Positions 1 to 10,842 of a stretch of 64,000 nt of DNA are shown here, one piece after another. The DNA is taken from NCBI GenBank assembly GCA_965216875.1, contig OZ244207.1:1920001-1984000 (forward strand), in the 5' to 3' direction. Under the pieces are notes generated by a model. It saw only the letters and a list, made by a program, of their open reading frames with translations. It did no database searches and had not been told where the DNA came from. This DNA comes from Rubripirellula sp. GTDB lineage: Bacteria > Planctomycetota > Planctomycetia > Pirellulales > Pirellulaceae. The position numbers and the translations under genes are program-made. Numbering within the stretch: the first letter of the stretch is position 1; each line of letters opens with the position of its first letter.

Positions 1-734
1 AGGAATCGTTGCAGCTGTTGGAGAGCCTCAATAAACGCTTTGCCGCCGATCATCCTGCGGAAACGGAATTGCAGGCGCGGGTAGCGGCCTACCAGCTCGC
101 GGCGAAGATGCAGCTTTCGGCGCCAGAAGTGTCGGACCTGTCGCGCGAATCGGCGACCACTCACAAGGCGTATGGCACCGGTGACGAGAACCGACTGAAG
201 GCCGCCTACGCGCGGAATTGTTTGCTTGCTCGACGATTGCTCGAGCGAGGTGTTCGGTACGTCAACCTTTACTGTTCGTCACGCGCCTCTGGCGTTGACG
301 GGCTGCTTAACTGGGACGCGCACAAGACGCTCAAGGCAGATTACGAGCGTCATTGTCCGATCTTTGATCAACCAACCGCGGCGTTGTTGGCCGACTTGAA
401 AGCATCCGGTTTGCTGGAAGACACGCTGGTTTTGTGGACCACGGAATTCGGACGCATGCCGACGCATCAAGCCGGAACGGCGGGCCGCGATCACAACCCC
501 GATGGATTCACTTGCTGGATGATGGGAGCGGGGGTGAAGGGAGGCGTTTCCTACGGAGCGACGGACGAGTTTGGGCGTCGGGCTCAGGAGCATCCGACAA
601 CCGTATGGGATTTCTACGCGACGGTATTACACCTACTTGGCTTCGACCATGAAAAACTGACCTGGTACCACAACGGACTCGATCGCAGACTGACCGATGT
701 CCATGGCCACGTCATCGACAATGTCCTGGCGTAA
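1..734 (+). CDS. DUF1501 domain protein, 5'-truncated by window edge
   Basis: Motifs [36 protein letters not shown] and RRLTDVHG are typical of planctomycete DUF1501. Confidence 0.9.
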   Translation, partial: ESLQLLESLNKRFAADHPAETELQARVAAYQLAAKMQLSAPEVSDLSRESATTHKAYGTGDENRLKAAYARNCLLARRLLERGVRYVNLYCSSRASGVDGLLNWDAHKTLKADYERHCPIFDQPTAALLADLKASGLLEDTLVLWTTEFGRMPTHQAGTAGRDHNPDGFTCWMMGAGVKGGVSYGATDEFGRRAQEHPTTVWDFYATVLHLLGFDHEKLTWYHNGLDRRLTDVHGHVIDNVLA

Positions 735-740
735 CGCAGT

Positions 741-830
741 GTGAGCCGCTGGCCGTGAGGCCGCGGGCCCTTGTAGGCGCAGCTGGTGAATGCGATGAAG
801 GCCCGGCCGCTTACGCGATCGCGGCTCACG
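741..830. repeat. REP-like palindromic element, family A (gtgagccgctggccgtgaggc...ggccgcttacgcgatcgcggctcac)
   Basis: Terminal inverted arms; related copies at 17031, 17220 and, reversed, 45355-45444; lies between convergent genes. Confidence 0.8.
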
Positions 831-878
831 AGTGTTGCCTAGGCTGGTCTGGTGGAACCGTTCTTAGTGTCTGCAACA

Positions 879-2243
879 CTAATCTTCGGTCCCGAGCTGA
901 CGCTTCGGGTCGGCGATGCAATAGAGATGCTTGGAACCACGCAAGATCATTCGTCCATTGGCGACCGCGGGGGTTCCCCAAAAGACTTCATCGTCTTCAG
1001 TCACCTCGTTGACGCCGATCAGCTTTGTTCGTTCGGATGAAATGTCGAAGACGAACATCTGGCCACTGGCGCATTGAAAAAACAGCCGGTCGTCGGCAAT
1101 GACCGGAGAAGCGTAGTCGAGCGAGCCGAATCGATCGTTTCCCATCCTTCTTGCGCCACGCAAACGCAGCTGCTCGATGCGTTCGCCCGATTCGGAATCA
1201 AGCACCGACAGGACACCGCGAGAAACGACATAAACTCTGTCGTTGTGGAAGAGCGGCGAAGCGTAGGTTGCGTTGACCGACGACGTCCAAGCGAAAGACT
1301 TTGTCGATGCGGTTGGGTTGTCGAGGTCGATTGCTACCGTGCCTCCGCCTTGCCCGGTACTGGCAAACAGACGGTTCCCGCTGGCGAGTACGCAAGTGTA
1401 GGCCTGGGACGAGCCAATCGGCTCGCTGCGCCAAAGTCGCTTACCGTTGTTTGGATCGAGTCCCCAAATTTGGTTGGCGACCAACAATGCGACGTCCGTA
1501 CGATCGGAGGTGACTGGGACAAGCGTCGGCGTGGCCCATGTGCCATCAAGCTCCTTTGACTTGAACTGCCATTCTTGTTTGCCAGTCGCGGCATTGAAAC
1601 CGAAGATCGATTGACTCTCCGCAGACGCGGTCACAATGAGCGTTTGGTTGTGCAAGACAGGGCTCGATGACGATCCCCAGCGTGGCGGATCAGAGCCTTT
1701 GCCGACCTTTGCGTTCCAAAGTTTGTTCCCGTTCAGGTCAAACGTGTGAACGCCACTCTTGCCAAAGAAACAATAGATGCGTTGGCCGTCTGAGATGGGG
1801 GTGTGCGAAGCGTAGCCGTGAGACGAGACGCCTGATTGATCATAGAGGTCTTCCGGAAGTTCCGCAGCGACGGCTTTCGACCAAATGACGTCTCCGGATC
1901 GAAGGTCAATGCAGGTCAGGTTGCGTTTCAGGTTCTTGATGTCGCCAGGTGCTTCGCGGTCGAGGCCGTAACCAGAGTAGCTCGTCACGTAGACGCGGTC
2001 GTCAATGATGATGGGGCTTGAAGCGCCGGGACCTGGCAGCTCGGTTTTCCAAGCGACGTTCTCGGTGGCGGACCACTGGGCAGGGACACCTTGCGGGGAC
2101 TGGGCAACACCGCCGGCAGCTGGGCCGCGAAAGCGAGGCCACTGATCCGCCGAAGCGGTCTGCAGCAAGGTTGACGCCAACGCAATCGCCGCGATGACCG
2201 CATTGGAAATGGGATTTCGAATCGTTGTGGTGACCGATTTCAA
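879..2243 (-). CDS. PQQ-like beta-propeller repeat protein (BamB-like), secreted
   Basis: Signal peptide, WPRFRGP, WKTELPGPGASSP and repeated SSP/TP...W propeller blades. Confidence 0.88.
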   Translation of the reverse strand: MKSVTTTIRNPISNAVIAAIALASTLLQTASADQWPRFRGPAAGGVAQSPQGVPAQWSATENVAWKTELPGPGASSPIIIDDRVYVTSYSGYGLDREAPGDIKNLKRNLTCIDLRSGDVIWSKAVAAELPEDLYDQSGVSSHGYASHTPISDGQRIYCFFGKSGVHTFDLNGNKLWNAKVGKGSDPPRWGSSSSPVLHNQTLIVTASAESQSIFGFNAATGKQEWQFKSKELDGTWATPTLVPVTSDRTDVALLVANQIWGLDPNNGKRLWRSEPIGSSQAYTCVLASGNRLFASTGQGGGTVAIDLDNPTASTKSFAWTSSVNATYASPLFHNDRVYVVSRGVLSVLDSESGERIEQLRLRGARRMGNDRFGSLDYASPVIADDRLFFQCASGQMFVFDISSERTKLIGVNEVTEDDEVFWGTPAVANGRMILRGSKHLYCIADPKRQLGTED

Positions 2244-2319
2244 ACTGGCCTCAGATGTTCGCGTTCAACTTCTGCTAAATCATAGAGGCAGAATCAAGCG
2301 GAATGTCGATGCAGAGCCG

Positions 2320-2694
2320 CTAGTAGTCCTCGAGGGCGCGCTGGATTGCATCGAGCAGACGTTCGTTGTCGAGCGGTTTGGGTAGAACATCGAGCGCACC
2401 GGTGTCGAACGCGCGAGATTGGACACTTTCGTCGGCGAAAGCAGAAATAAAGACGATCGGGATCGCGTCTAACATTTCGGTCAGTCTGTCTTGCAGTTCC
2501 AGACCACTGAGGCCGGGTAAGTGAACGTCAAGAATCAGGCAGCTTGGACGGTCATCAACGGGCCGCTCAAGAAAGGCCTCGGCCGATTCATACGCATCAG
2601 CATCGTACCCGGCGGCGTGGATCAGCCGAGTGAGCGCTTTGCGAACGGATGGGTCGTCATCAACCACAGCGATGACGGCCTTGCCTTCATGCAT
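2320..2694 (-). CDS. Single-domain response regulator (FixJ-like receiver)
   Basis: VVDDD, CLILDVHLPGLSGLEL and KP motifs; start uncertain (2694 or 2742). Confidence 0.88.
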   Translation of the reverse strand: MHEGKAVIAVVDDDPSVRKALTRLIHAAGYDADAYESAEAFLERPVDDRPSCLILDVHLPGLSGLELQDRLTEMLDAIPIVFISAFADESVQSRAFDTGALDVLPKPLDNERLLDAIQRALEDY

Positions 2695-2948
2695 GAGGAC
2701 GTGTGAGTTGTCAGAGGGGGTAGCTGTCGACCCATTGGGCAAGGAACAGGCGAAGGGAACCTAGCATCCAAAGAGACGCACCGAGTATAGGCCTTCGAGT
2801 GTAGTGGGCTATTAGACTTTGGTCGTATGGGGTGTTGGCAGCGGATACGAAATGACACATTCGGATTCAGTCGCCGATCGAGTTCGGAGCGAAACTTTTT
2901 GAATTAGCGCGTTATCGGAGCCTGCGAGCGGACAATAACCTGTTGAAC

Positions 2949-3512
2949 ATGAACGACTCCACTCGCAACATCATCGAGCGCGTATTGGCGGGCGACCTGA
3001 GCCAGTATGGTGTCATCATCCGCACATTCGAGGCGGATGTTTTCAGGCTTGCTGCGCCGGTTTTGGGAAGCCGCAGCGCGGCCGAGGATGTGACACAGGA
3101 AGTTTTCATCACAGCCTACCGTCGGCTCGATTCGTTTGATCTGTCACAGCCGTTTCGCCCTTGGCTCTTGGGGATCGCTGCGAACTTGGTGCGGAACGAG
3201 ATTCGACGCCGTTTTCGCGAAGATCGTCGGATGGAAATGTACTCTCAATATCTTGACGCGATGACTTGTGGGGAATCTTCGCCCGAAGCCTCCGATGCCA
3301 TTGTCGACGCTCTCGGCAAGTGTCGGGAGCGTTTGGCAAAGACTGCGTCTGCCGCGATCCGTGGCCGTTACGAGGAAGGGCTTGGGCTCGAAGCGCTTGC
3401 TGATCGGTTGGAAAGATCGGTCACCGCAACCAGACAGCTCCTGTACCGGACCCGGCTGTCGCTTCGCGATTGCATCGAAGCGCAGCTTGCACCGGAGGGA
3501 GGGGACGGATGA
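2949..3512 (+). CDS. ECF RNA polymerase sigma-70 factor
   Basis: Region 2 AEDVTQEVF...FRPWLLGIAAN; region 4 HTH followed by LYRTRLSLRDCIE. Confidence 0.92.
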   Translation: MNDSTRNIIERVLAGDLSQYGVIIRTFEADVFRLAAPVLGSRSAAEDVTQEVFITAYRRLDSFDLSQPFRPWLLGIAANLVRNEIRRRFREDRRMEMYSQYLDAMTCGESSPEASDAIVDALGKCRERLAKTASAAIRGRYEEGLGLEALADRLERSVTATRQLLYRTRLSLRDCIEAQLAPEGGDG

Positions 3513-4927
3513 AGCGAATCGATGCACTCACCTTGATGTTGCTCGATGGAACGATCGAAGACGAAGCGCTGACGGAACTCGCTGAGCTCACGCAAACATC
3601 GGAGGGGCGGGAGTCTCTGGCGAAGCTGATGGAGCTTGAGTCGTACCTTCAGGCATCGGCTCAAGGTTCGGTCGCAAGTCAAGTGCTGGATCAAATTCAA
3701 AAAGAGCGTTGCGATCGAGTCGAGGCTGGCGTGATGCGGGCCGTTGGTGAACCCGATGGGGCAGTGCCGTCGGTTCGAACTCCTGGTCGGGCGAGTCGCG
3801 TTCTGCGGCTCTCTCTATTAGTTGTCAGCATCGCTGCTTGCCTCTTCTTCGTCCTCGTTCTGTTTGATCGTGGGGATCGCGAGGACGACTCGATCGCTCT
3901 TTTGAATTTGCATGGGGCCAACGTCACTCTTGTCGACGTTGGCGGAAGCCGTCGATTGATTCCTCCGAGCGACAAACCGATAGCGGTACTTAGGAATGAA
4001 ACGATCGAGACTTCCGAGACGCTCGAGTCAGCCGAAGTTCTGTACGCCGATGGAACGACGCTCCAACTGCATGGCGAAACCAGCATGCAATTGACGGAAA
4101 CCGCATTGGGAGCGAAGCAAATCACGATCCTGGCGGGCCTTGTCCAGGCGGATGTGACACCGCAACCGGATGGACGTCCGCTGCGAATTGTCACCCAAGC
4201 GGCGACGCTGGAGGTGTTGGGAACGACTCTGGGCGTCGAAGTCCGTCCAGCATCGACTCAGCTTGGCGTTGCAACGGGGCGTGTTGCAATGACGCGAAAG
4301 TCAGATGGTCAGCGGGTGGAAGTTGAGGCGGGGAAATTCGCGACGGCCACTGCGTCGACATCAGAGCCACTTCAAGCTCTGCCGTTTCCCGATTTGCCGC
4401 TCGATTGGTCGGAAGACTTCGAGAGTGGTCTCCCCGCCGGGTGGCGAACGGGCAAGATTGTCGAGCATTCCGGCAGCAGCGCGGTTTCGACCATGCAATC
4501 CGAACGGAGTGACAACGGGCATTTCGTGATGACCACACACAATGCGTGGCAAGAAGGTGATCACGCGTTATGCCGGATCAACGCCGACTCGGTTTTGCAC
4601 TTAAGATTCCGACAGAAGGCGTTTGCTCGAATCACCATTATGGTTGGCTCGCGGTCCTACCCGCCTGCGACAGGACGGACCGGTACCAATCTTTTCTACA
4701 CCAAGAAGGCTTGGAACGAGGATTTGGAAGTCGAGACGTGGAAGACGATTTCCGTGCCATTGAAAGAGGTCGCCTGGCAGATGAAGCAGGGTGTGAGAGT
4801 GAATGGAGCGGCGGACTTGCAGGGCCTCGCAGCCTACCTCATCCACGTTTCAACGATGGAAAAGGATGCTGGACTGGCAATTGACCGGATGTGGATCACC
4901 AACGAACCGAAGGAGCGTCAACCATGA
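3509..4927 (+). CDS. FecR-domain anti-sigma factor with C-terminal beta-sandwich-like extension
   Basis: ATGA overlap with sigma gene; one TM helix; FecR motifs YADGT, VLGT and VATGRV. Confidence 0.85.
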   Translation: MKRIDALTLMLLDGTIEDEALTELAELTQTSEGRESLAKLMELESYLQASAQGSVASQVLDQIQKERCDRVEAGVMRAVGEPDGAVPSVRTPGRASRVLRLSLLVVSIAACLFFVLVLFDRGDREDDSIALLNLHGANVTLVDVGGSRRLIPPSDKPIAVLRNETIETSETLESAEVLYADGTTLQLHGETSMQLTETALGAKQITILAGLVQADVTPQPDGRPLRIVTQAATLEVLGTTLGVEVRPASTQLGVATGRVAMTRKSDGQRVEVEAGKFATATASTSEPLQALPFPDLPLDWSEDFESGLPAGWRTGKIVEHSGSSAVSTMQSERSDNGHFVMTTHNAWQEGDHALCRINADSVLHLRFRQKAFARITIMVGSRSYPPATGRTGTNLFYTKKAWNEDLEVETWKTISVPLKEVAWQMKQGVRVNGAADLQGLAAYLIHVSTMEKDAGLAIDRMWITNEPKERQP

Positions 4928-7743
4928 TGTTCCATTGGAGACTCCAAACGTGTCTCTGTGCAGTCGTTTTGTTTGTGTGCGTCAACCAGCTTCAGGCGGA
5001 TGACGTCAATGCGCTGCTGCAGCAATACTGCATCGACTGCCACGGAGCACCGGATGAATCACCTGAAGCTGAGTTCAGCTTGTCTTACGAATTTGGCTCA
5101 ACGTCGCTTCACGAAACTGGACGCACCTTGAAGCGGGCGCTCGATGCGATCGAAGGGCATGAGATGCCTCCGGATGACAGCGAACAGATCACCGAAGATC
5201 ACCGCAGGCAACTGGCCGCCGGCATCAGGGAACTGCTGGCGATGCCGTCGGTAGGCGGCCAGCACGACCCAGGTACGCCAGTTCTGAGGCGGCTCACGAG
5301 GCTCGAATACAACAATACGGTCCGCGACTTGCTGGGACTGAAGACGGATGTCTTTATGTTTTCGGAGCGTTTGCCGTTTGAACGCGGACACTATCAACCG
5401 CAATCAAAGAGAATGCCCGATCGGGTCGCGATGGCGGCACGCGAATATGGTGCGAAGTACCCCGTGCTTCTGCGCGAGACAAGCATGCCGGGGGACAGTC
5501 GAGCCGAAAACGGTTTCACGAACCGTGGCGATGCTCAGAGCCTTTCCGCGGTCAGGTTGCAACAATACGTGCGCACCGCCGGAGAGATCGCGTTCCATCC
5601 CGACTTGCTTAGCCAAGCCGAACGAGCAGAGGAGCTTTTTCCCAACGCACGGTTCCGTCAACCGCCAACCGGAGCTTCGTCCAAATCGAAGCCGCTTTCG
5701 GGAAGCAGCCTTCAGCTGGCATCCAATGGCAATGTGGCGCGCTCTGCGGAGGGAAGCGCATCGAGCCTTGATGCGTTTCGAGAACGCATCGAATCAGCTT
5801 TCGCCGAAGACCGCGGGGGCGTCTTCAGTGGAGAAGAGTTAAGCAATACGAAGATTGCCGGGAAGGGAGGGATCGTTCGCATCGCGTACGGCAAGAACGC
5901 GATTCGGACGTTTGCGATCAATCCCAACGAAGATTGGTGGTTTGCTGCCTTCGCAACCGCGGACGAGAGTAGTGGCGACACGCTGCTGGCGAATTACAAG
6001 AAGGGACAGCGGCAGTATGAGTTGACCTTTCAATCAACCGCTGGTGGAAGATTTGAGGGCATTGCCGAAGTTGGATTGGTGCTTTTGAGTCGTCGTGGCC
6101 AGGAGGGGCAAGTGCGTTTGAAGGTGACCGAGGATGACGACGCGACCCAAGAATTGACGGTGCGACTTGATCCAGGTGCGGGGGTCGGTAATACGTTTGC
6201 TTCGTTTGCGGCGCGGCAGGGACATTCCATCAAGCGACTCTTGATCGACGGCAGCGCGTTCTCGGGTGACTATGTTCTGATCGACGATCTTGCGTTCATC
6301 ACCCGTGACGAGCCGAACCTTCAACCCTTGGTGCAGGCGGAAGCACCAATCGAAATTGAAGCCCCGGAAGAGGACTCAACACGAGAAGCAATCAATCGCG
6401 ACCTTGCAAAGCAAGCGGCCGAAATACGCATCCGTCACTTGATGCGACGTGCGTTTCGGCGACCCGTTGAAGACGCGGAAGTAGCGGTGTACCTCGGCAT
6501 CCACCGCGACGTGATGGAGCATGGAGGCAGCGATGAGAAAGCGATGCGAACTGCGATGCAAGCGATCCTTGCGTCGCCCAGCTTTCTCTATCTCGTTCCT
6601 CGAGAGAGCAGAGGCGATTCGGCCGCTCACGATGCGGTTGCGCCGGTCTCAGGCGACGAGCTTGCGTCTCGTTTGAGTTACTTTCTTTGGAGCAGCATGC
6701 CAGATGACGAACTCTTTGAGCTCGCCGATCAGGGAAGGCTTCAAGATGACGAGGTGCTCGAAGCTCAGGTTCGCCGAATGCTCAGCGACAAACGTTCGAT
6801 CGAGCTCTCGGAGAGTTTTTTCGTGCAGTGGTTGCGACTTCCGGAATTGTGGACAGCGCAACCCGACAGACGGCAATTCCCCGACTTCTATTCGGGAGCC
6901 TTGGGTAAGCGGACACTCGCTCAGGACATGTTTGGGGAGGTCTTGTTGCAGTTCCAAACGATGCTTGTCGAAGATCGACCGATTACTGAATTCCTCGACG
7001 CCGAATACACGTTCGTGAACGGCAAGCTGATGGAGTACTACGGTCGCAAGCCGGGCACGCTTAAGAGTTTTGGCGATGGTTCAGCGGTTTTTGGGGACGA
7101 TCAGAAGAGCGACAGAATTTGGAACCGCGTGAGAAAGTTTGACGGTCGTCGAGGTGGCATGCTAACAAGCCCTGCTGTGCTGACCCTGACCTCGTTTCCT
7201 CACCGGACCAGTTCCATTCGCCGCGGGGTTTGGGTGCTTGATACCGTGTTCAATCGGCACCCACCCGCTCCAAAGGTGGCTGTCGCTGACATTGATCAAC
7301 AAGACGAGTTTGCTTCGCTAACGACCCGCGAGAAGGTCCAGCGACATCGCCAGGATTCGGCGTGTGCGGTTTGTCATAATCGGATCGATCCGCCCGGTTT
7401 CGCGCTCGAGAACTTTGACGCCATCGGTCGGTGGCGAGACAGGGATGGAGACGAAGTGATTGACGCATCCGGTGAGTTGCCCGGACTAGGCAAATTCGAA
7501 ACGCCGAAGGAGTTTCGCGATCGATTGGTTTCGCAAAAACGCCGTTTCGTGCAGGGCTTTGCCGAGCATCTACTGAGCTACGCGTTGTCGCGGAAACTCG
7601 AATACCACGACGTCCCCGTTGTGGAGAGCATCGTCAACCGCACGATTGAAGACGACTATCGTCTCTCTCGTTTGATCCTGGAAATCGCGAAGAGCTATCC
7701 CTTTCGCCACGCGAGAGTGTCTGTGAATGAGAATGAAAACTAA
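4924..7743 (+). CDS. DUF1592/DUF1588/DUF1585/DUF1587/DUF1595 planctomycete cytochrome-c-like protein
   Basis: CIDCH, RRLTRLEYNNTVRDLLG, LASRLSYFLWSSMPD, CAVCH...DPPGFALENFDAIGRWR. Confidence 0.93.
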   Translation: MMFHWRLQTCLCAVVLFVCVNQLQADDVNALLQQYCIDCHGAPDESPEAEFSLSYEFGSTSLHETGRTLKRALDAIEGHEMPPDDSEQITEDHRRQLAAGIRELLAMPSVGGQHDPGTPVLRRLTRLEYNNTVRDLLGLKTDVFMFSERLPFERGHYQPQSKRMPDRVAMAAREYGAKYPVLLRETSMPGDSRAENGFTNRGDAQSLSAVRLQQYVRTAGEIAFHPDLLSQAERAEELFPNARFRQPPTGASSKSKPLSGSSLQLASNGNVARSAEGSASSLDAFRERIESAFAEDRGGVFSGEELSNTKIAGKGGIVRIAYGKNAIRTFAINPNEDWWFAAFATADESSGDTLLANYKKGQRQYELTFQSTAGGRFEGIAEVGLVLLSRRGQEGQVRLKVTEDDDATQELTVRLDPGAGVGNTFASFAARQGHSIKRLLIDGSAFSGDYVLIDDLAFITRDEPNLQPLVQAEAPIEIEAPEEDSTREAINRDLAKQAAEIRIRHLMRRAFRRPVEDAEVAVYLGIHRDVMEHGGSDEKAMRTAMQAILASPSFLYLVPRESRGDSAAHDAVAPVSGDELASRLSYFLWSSMPDDELFELADQGRLQDDEVLEAQVRRMLSDKRSIELSESFFVQWLRLPELWTAQPDRRQFPDFYSGALGKRTLAQDMFGEVLLQFQTMLVEDRPITEFLDAEYTFVNGKLMEYYGRKPGTLKSFGDGSAVFGDDQKSDRIWNRVRKFDGRRGGMLTSPAVLTLTSFPHRTSSIRRGVWVLDTVFNRHPPAPKVAVADIDQQDEFASLTTREKVQRHRQDSACAVCHNRIDPPGFALENFDAIGRWRDRDGDEVIDASGELPGLGKFETPKEFRDRLVSQKRRFVQGFAEHLLSYALSRKLEYHDVPVVESIVNRTIEDDYRLSRLILEIAKSYPFRHARVSVNENEN

Positions 7744-9034
7744 AACAACCGGATTCCGAAACCGTGCTTTGTCGCGTCGCACTTTGCTCCGGGGAACCGG
7801 TGTCGCTTTGGCGCTGCCCTGGCTTGACGCGATGCGGCCTGCGATTGCAGGTCCGAGGGGCGGCGAAACGCCGAAGCGTTTTGCTTGGGTCTACATTCCC
7901 AATGGAGTCGTCCAAGACGCGTGGCATCCGTCGAAGGTTGGAGCCGACTGGCAGATGACGCCATCGCTGGAGCCACTGGCTCCGTTCCGCGAGCAACTGA
8001 ACGTTTTCACCGGCCTTGATCGAGAGTTCCGCGGTGGCACCGGAGTGCACGCGCAAGCCGGGTGTTGTTGGCTAACGAGTTCGCCGCCGACACAGGCGCT
8101 CGATGGTGGGTTTCCCGTCAACACATCGCTTGATCAGCTGATCGCTCGGCAGGTTGGGCAAGACACGCTTTTGCCTTCGCTCGAACTTAGTTGCAATGAT
8201 CACGCCAACCAAAAAGAGACGCGGTACTTCGAAAATATTTCTTGGTATGGACCTGGCTATGCAGCCAGTGTTCAGAAAAGCCCGCGTCATGTATTCGATC
8301 GACTCTTCGGGAAACCTGATCCACGTGTCCAAAGTGTGTTGGATGCCGCATTGAGTGACGCGCGACGTCTGGAACAGACACTCGGCAGTGCTGACAAAGC
8401 GAGACTTGGTGAATACCTCGAGTCGGTACGTTCGGTGGAAAAACAGATTGAGAAGGCCCAGCGACACTCCTCAAATACGACACTGCTCCGGTTCGAGCGA
8501 CCAAGTGGCAAGCCAGATGATCGCGGCGAGTACCTGCGATTGATGATGGATCTGATTGTGATCGCCTTTCAGCAAGACCTTACGCGCGTTGCCACACTCG
8601 TCATCGATCCTGAACGCTGGGACACTCCGCGAATGTATCACGGCGTTTTCGAGAATGCCCAGAATCACCATGTCCTAACCCATACGAAGGGAGACGAGGC
8701 CAAAGAGAAGCTAAAGAAGATTGATCACTTCCATGTCTCACAGTTCGCCTATTTGTTGAAACGCATGAGCGAGATTTCCGAAGGTGAGGGGAGTTTGCTT
8801 GATAACTCTCTGCTGACGTTCGGCAGTGGTATGGGGAACGGAACGGTGCACGATTACAACGACCTGCCGATTTTGACTGCGGGCGGACTTGGCGGAGCGT
8901 TTAAAACGGGGCGACATCATCGCTTTGAAAAGACTCCGGTGGCGAATCTCTGGCTCACCGTCGCCCAATCGGCTGGGATCGAGACTGACGCATTCGCGGA
9001 CAGCTCCGGAAACCTCTCCGAGGTGGTCTCATGA
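7727..9034 (+). CDS. DUF1552 (HXXSHH) family protein
   Basis: SRRTLLRGTGVALALPWLDAM, YIPNG, EGSLLDNS; signature reads HVLTHT. Confidence 0.92.
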   Translation: MRMKTKTTGFRNRALSRRTLLRGTGVALALPWLDAMRPAIAGPRGGETPKRFAWVYIPNGVVQDAWHPSKVGADWQMTPSLEPLAPFREQLNVFTGLDREFRGGTGVHAQAGCCWLTSSPPTQALDGGFPVNTSLDQLIARQVGQDTLLPSLELSCNDHANQKETRYFENISWYGPGYAASVQKSPRHVFDRLFGKPDPRVQSVLDAALSDARRLEQTLGSADKARLGEYLESVRSVEKQIEKAQRHSSNTTLLRFERPSGKPDDRGEYLRLMMDLIVIAFQQDLTRVATLVIDPERWDTPRMYHGVFENAQNHHVLTHTKGDEAKEKLKKIDHFHVSQFAYLLKRMSEISEGEGSLLDNSLLTFGSGMGNGTVHDYNDLPILTAGGLGGAFKTGRHHRFEKTPVANLWLTVAQSAGIETDAFADSSGNLSEVVS

Positions 9035-9954
9035 GGCCGCTAGTTTGTTGTCTCACACTGTTGTTGCCAACAATCCTTTTTGCGGGACCGCCGGCGGCGG
9101 AACAGCAGGCCCTTGCGCACGCCATGGGTGACAAGGTTCAGCGATTTGAGATGTGGACGGATGATGATGGCAACGTCACGGGGCTGATTTTCATCAATCA
9201 CCAAACACTGACAGAGTCCGCCGGCGAGAGGCCAGGCATCACCGACGCCGACCTTCAGCAACTCGTTCAGTTTCCGAAGCTCGCTGCCGTCAGTTTCGAG
9301 GCTCAACCGATCGGGGACGCAGGACTTTCTGTCTTGAGTGAGTTTCCAAGTTTGAAGCAGGTCGGATTTCATTACATGGCGAAGGCCGAGGGAGCGGATG
9401 CTTCACCCGATTTCATCACCGCGATCGAAGGTATGCGCGACCTTGAAATCATCGAGATCAAGCACAACTTCAGGATGAAAGCGATTCACGTCGACAAGCT
9501 GCGGACACCGTTTCCGAAAGTCTGGCGGCTCGTGCTCGACACGCCGCTTACTGCCGAACAGACGATGCATATGATCCGACTTTGTCCGAACGTGACGGAG
9601 TTACAATTGCACCGCACCGATGTGACCGTCGAGCAGCTGGTAGAGATTGGCCGGTTGTTACCAAAGCTCGCCGTCTTTTGGCTCAAACCGAGACAGGGCG
9701 TTCAATCGGCGCACCTGGGAGCGCTACGCAGTTACTCGAGTTTGCGAGTTTTCAGCCCTCAGGTGGTCAAACGGCCTGTCACTTTTGCCGACGGTTGGTC
9801 GAGTCTGGGCGCACTTCCACATCTCGAGCGGATCGAGATTTCCGCAGCCGCACTCAAGTTGAATGCCGAGGCAATCAAGCAACTCCAGCAACAACGACCG
9901 GAACTTGCCGTCGAGACCCGTCTGACCCGATCCCGAAACTACCAAGGGCTTTGA
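9031..9954 (+). CDS. Secreted leucine-rich-repeat-like hypothetical protein
   Basis: Signal peptide; LRR-like segments (ITDADLQQLVQFPKL, IGDAGLSVLSEFPSL); ATGA overlap. Confidence 0.65.
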   Translation: MRPLVCCLTLLLPTILFAGPPAAEQQALAHAMGDKVQRFEMWTDDDGNVTGLIFINHQTLTESAGERPGITDADLQQLVQFPKLAAVSFEAQPIGDAGLSVLSEFPSLKQVGFHYMAKAEGADASPDFITAIEGMRDLEIIEIKHNFRMKAIHVDKLRTPFPKVWRLVLDTPLTAEQTMHMIRLCPNVTELQLHRTDVTVEQLVEIGRLLPKLAVFWLKPRQGVQSAHLGALRSYSSLRVFSPQVVKRPVTFADGWSSLGALPHLERIEISAAALKLNAEAIKQLQQQRPELAVETRLTRSRNYQGL

Positions 9955-9957
9955 GTC

Positions 9958-10842
9958 ATGAGGGAATTGCTGCGAGATGCTTTTGATCTGCACGTGCATT
10001 GTTCGCCCGACGTTGTGCCGCGCGCTCAGGATGTGTTTGATCTCGCTCAAGCTGCAAGCGAAGCGGGGATGGCGGGTGTCGGCCTGAAGGACCATACGAC
10101 GTCGACCGTAGGGCGGTGTCACACATTGAACCGCATGTATCCGAATGGTCCGCGTTTTTTTAGCTCGATTTCGCTGAATCCACCCGTCGGCGGTCTCAAT
10201 GTAAGTGCGGTTGAATCAGGTCTGTTGACTGGGGTCGACATCGTGTACTTCCCCACCTACTCGGCGGCTCATCATATCGACCAGCTCGGCGAAGAGGTTA
10301 CCCCGGTCCCGCATCCCATGGCGGGGGCACAGCGACTATCGGTCTTTGAAGATGACCACAACCTGACCGATGCGGCTCAGAGCATTGTTGAACTGATTGC
10401 ACAACACGACGCTGTCCTTGCGACGGGGCATCTCTCACCCAAAGAATGCCTTGCGTTGATTGAGTTCGCCAGCATGAAAGGAGTCACGCGAATGGTTGTC
10501 ACGCACGCTTCGCTGGCCGTACCGAACATGACGGTCGAGGATCAGCGGACCTGCGTTGCGCTTGGTGCACTGATCGAGCACTGTTTTCACGCAGTGACTG
10601 AGTGTTGCCCAAGAACGATCTCGCTTGAATCGATCGCGGACCAGATCCGTGTCGTTGGTGCCGAGCACGTGGTTTTGTCGTCTGACTTTGGGCAGACGCA
10701 AAACGGGCCACCAATCGAAGCTTTTGGCTTGCACGCAGAGCGTTTGCTTGGGTTGGGGTTTGGCGAGACCGAGTTGCGACGGATGTTGAGTGAGAACCCG
10801 CGCCGACTGATAACGGACCGAGGGAGGTCAAAGGGCAAATGA
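9958..10842 (+). CDS. DUF6282-like amidohydrolase/PHP-fold metalloprotein
   Basis: DLHVHCSPD, LKDH, ATGH, VTH and SSDFGQ metal-ligand motifs. Confidence 0.78.
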   Translation: MRELLRDAFDLHVHCSPDVVPRAQDVFDLAQAASEAGMAGVGLKDHTTSTVGRCHTLNRMYPNGPRFFSSISLNPPVGGLNVSAVESGLLTGVDIVYFPTYSAAHHIDQLGEEVTPVPHPMAGAQRLSVFEDDHNLTDAAQSIVELIAQHDAVLATGHLSPKECLALIEFASMKGVTRMVVTHASLAVPNMTVEDQRTCVALGALIEHCFHAVTECCPRTISLESIADQIRVVGAEHVVLSSDFGQTQNGPPIEAFGLHAERLLGLGFGETELRRMLSENPRRLITDRGRSKGK

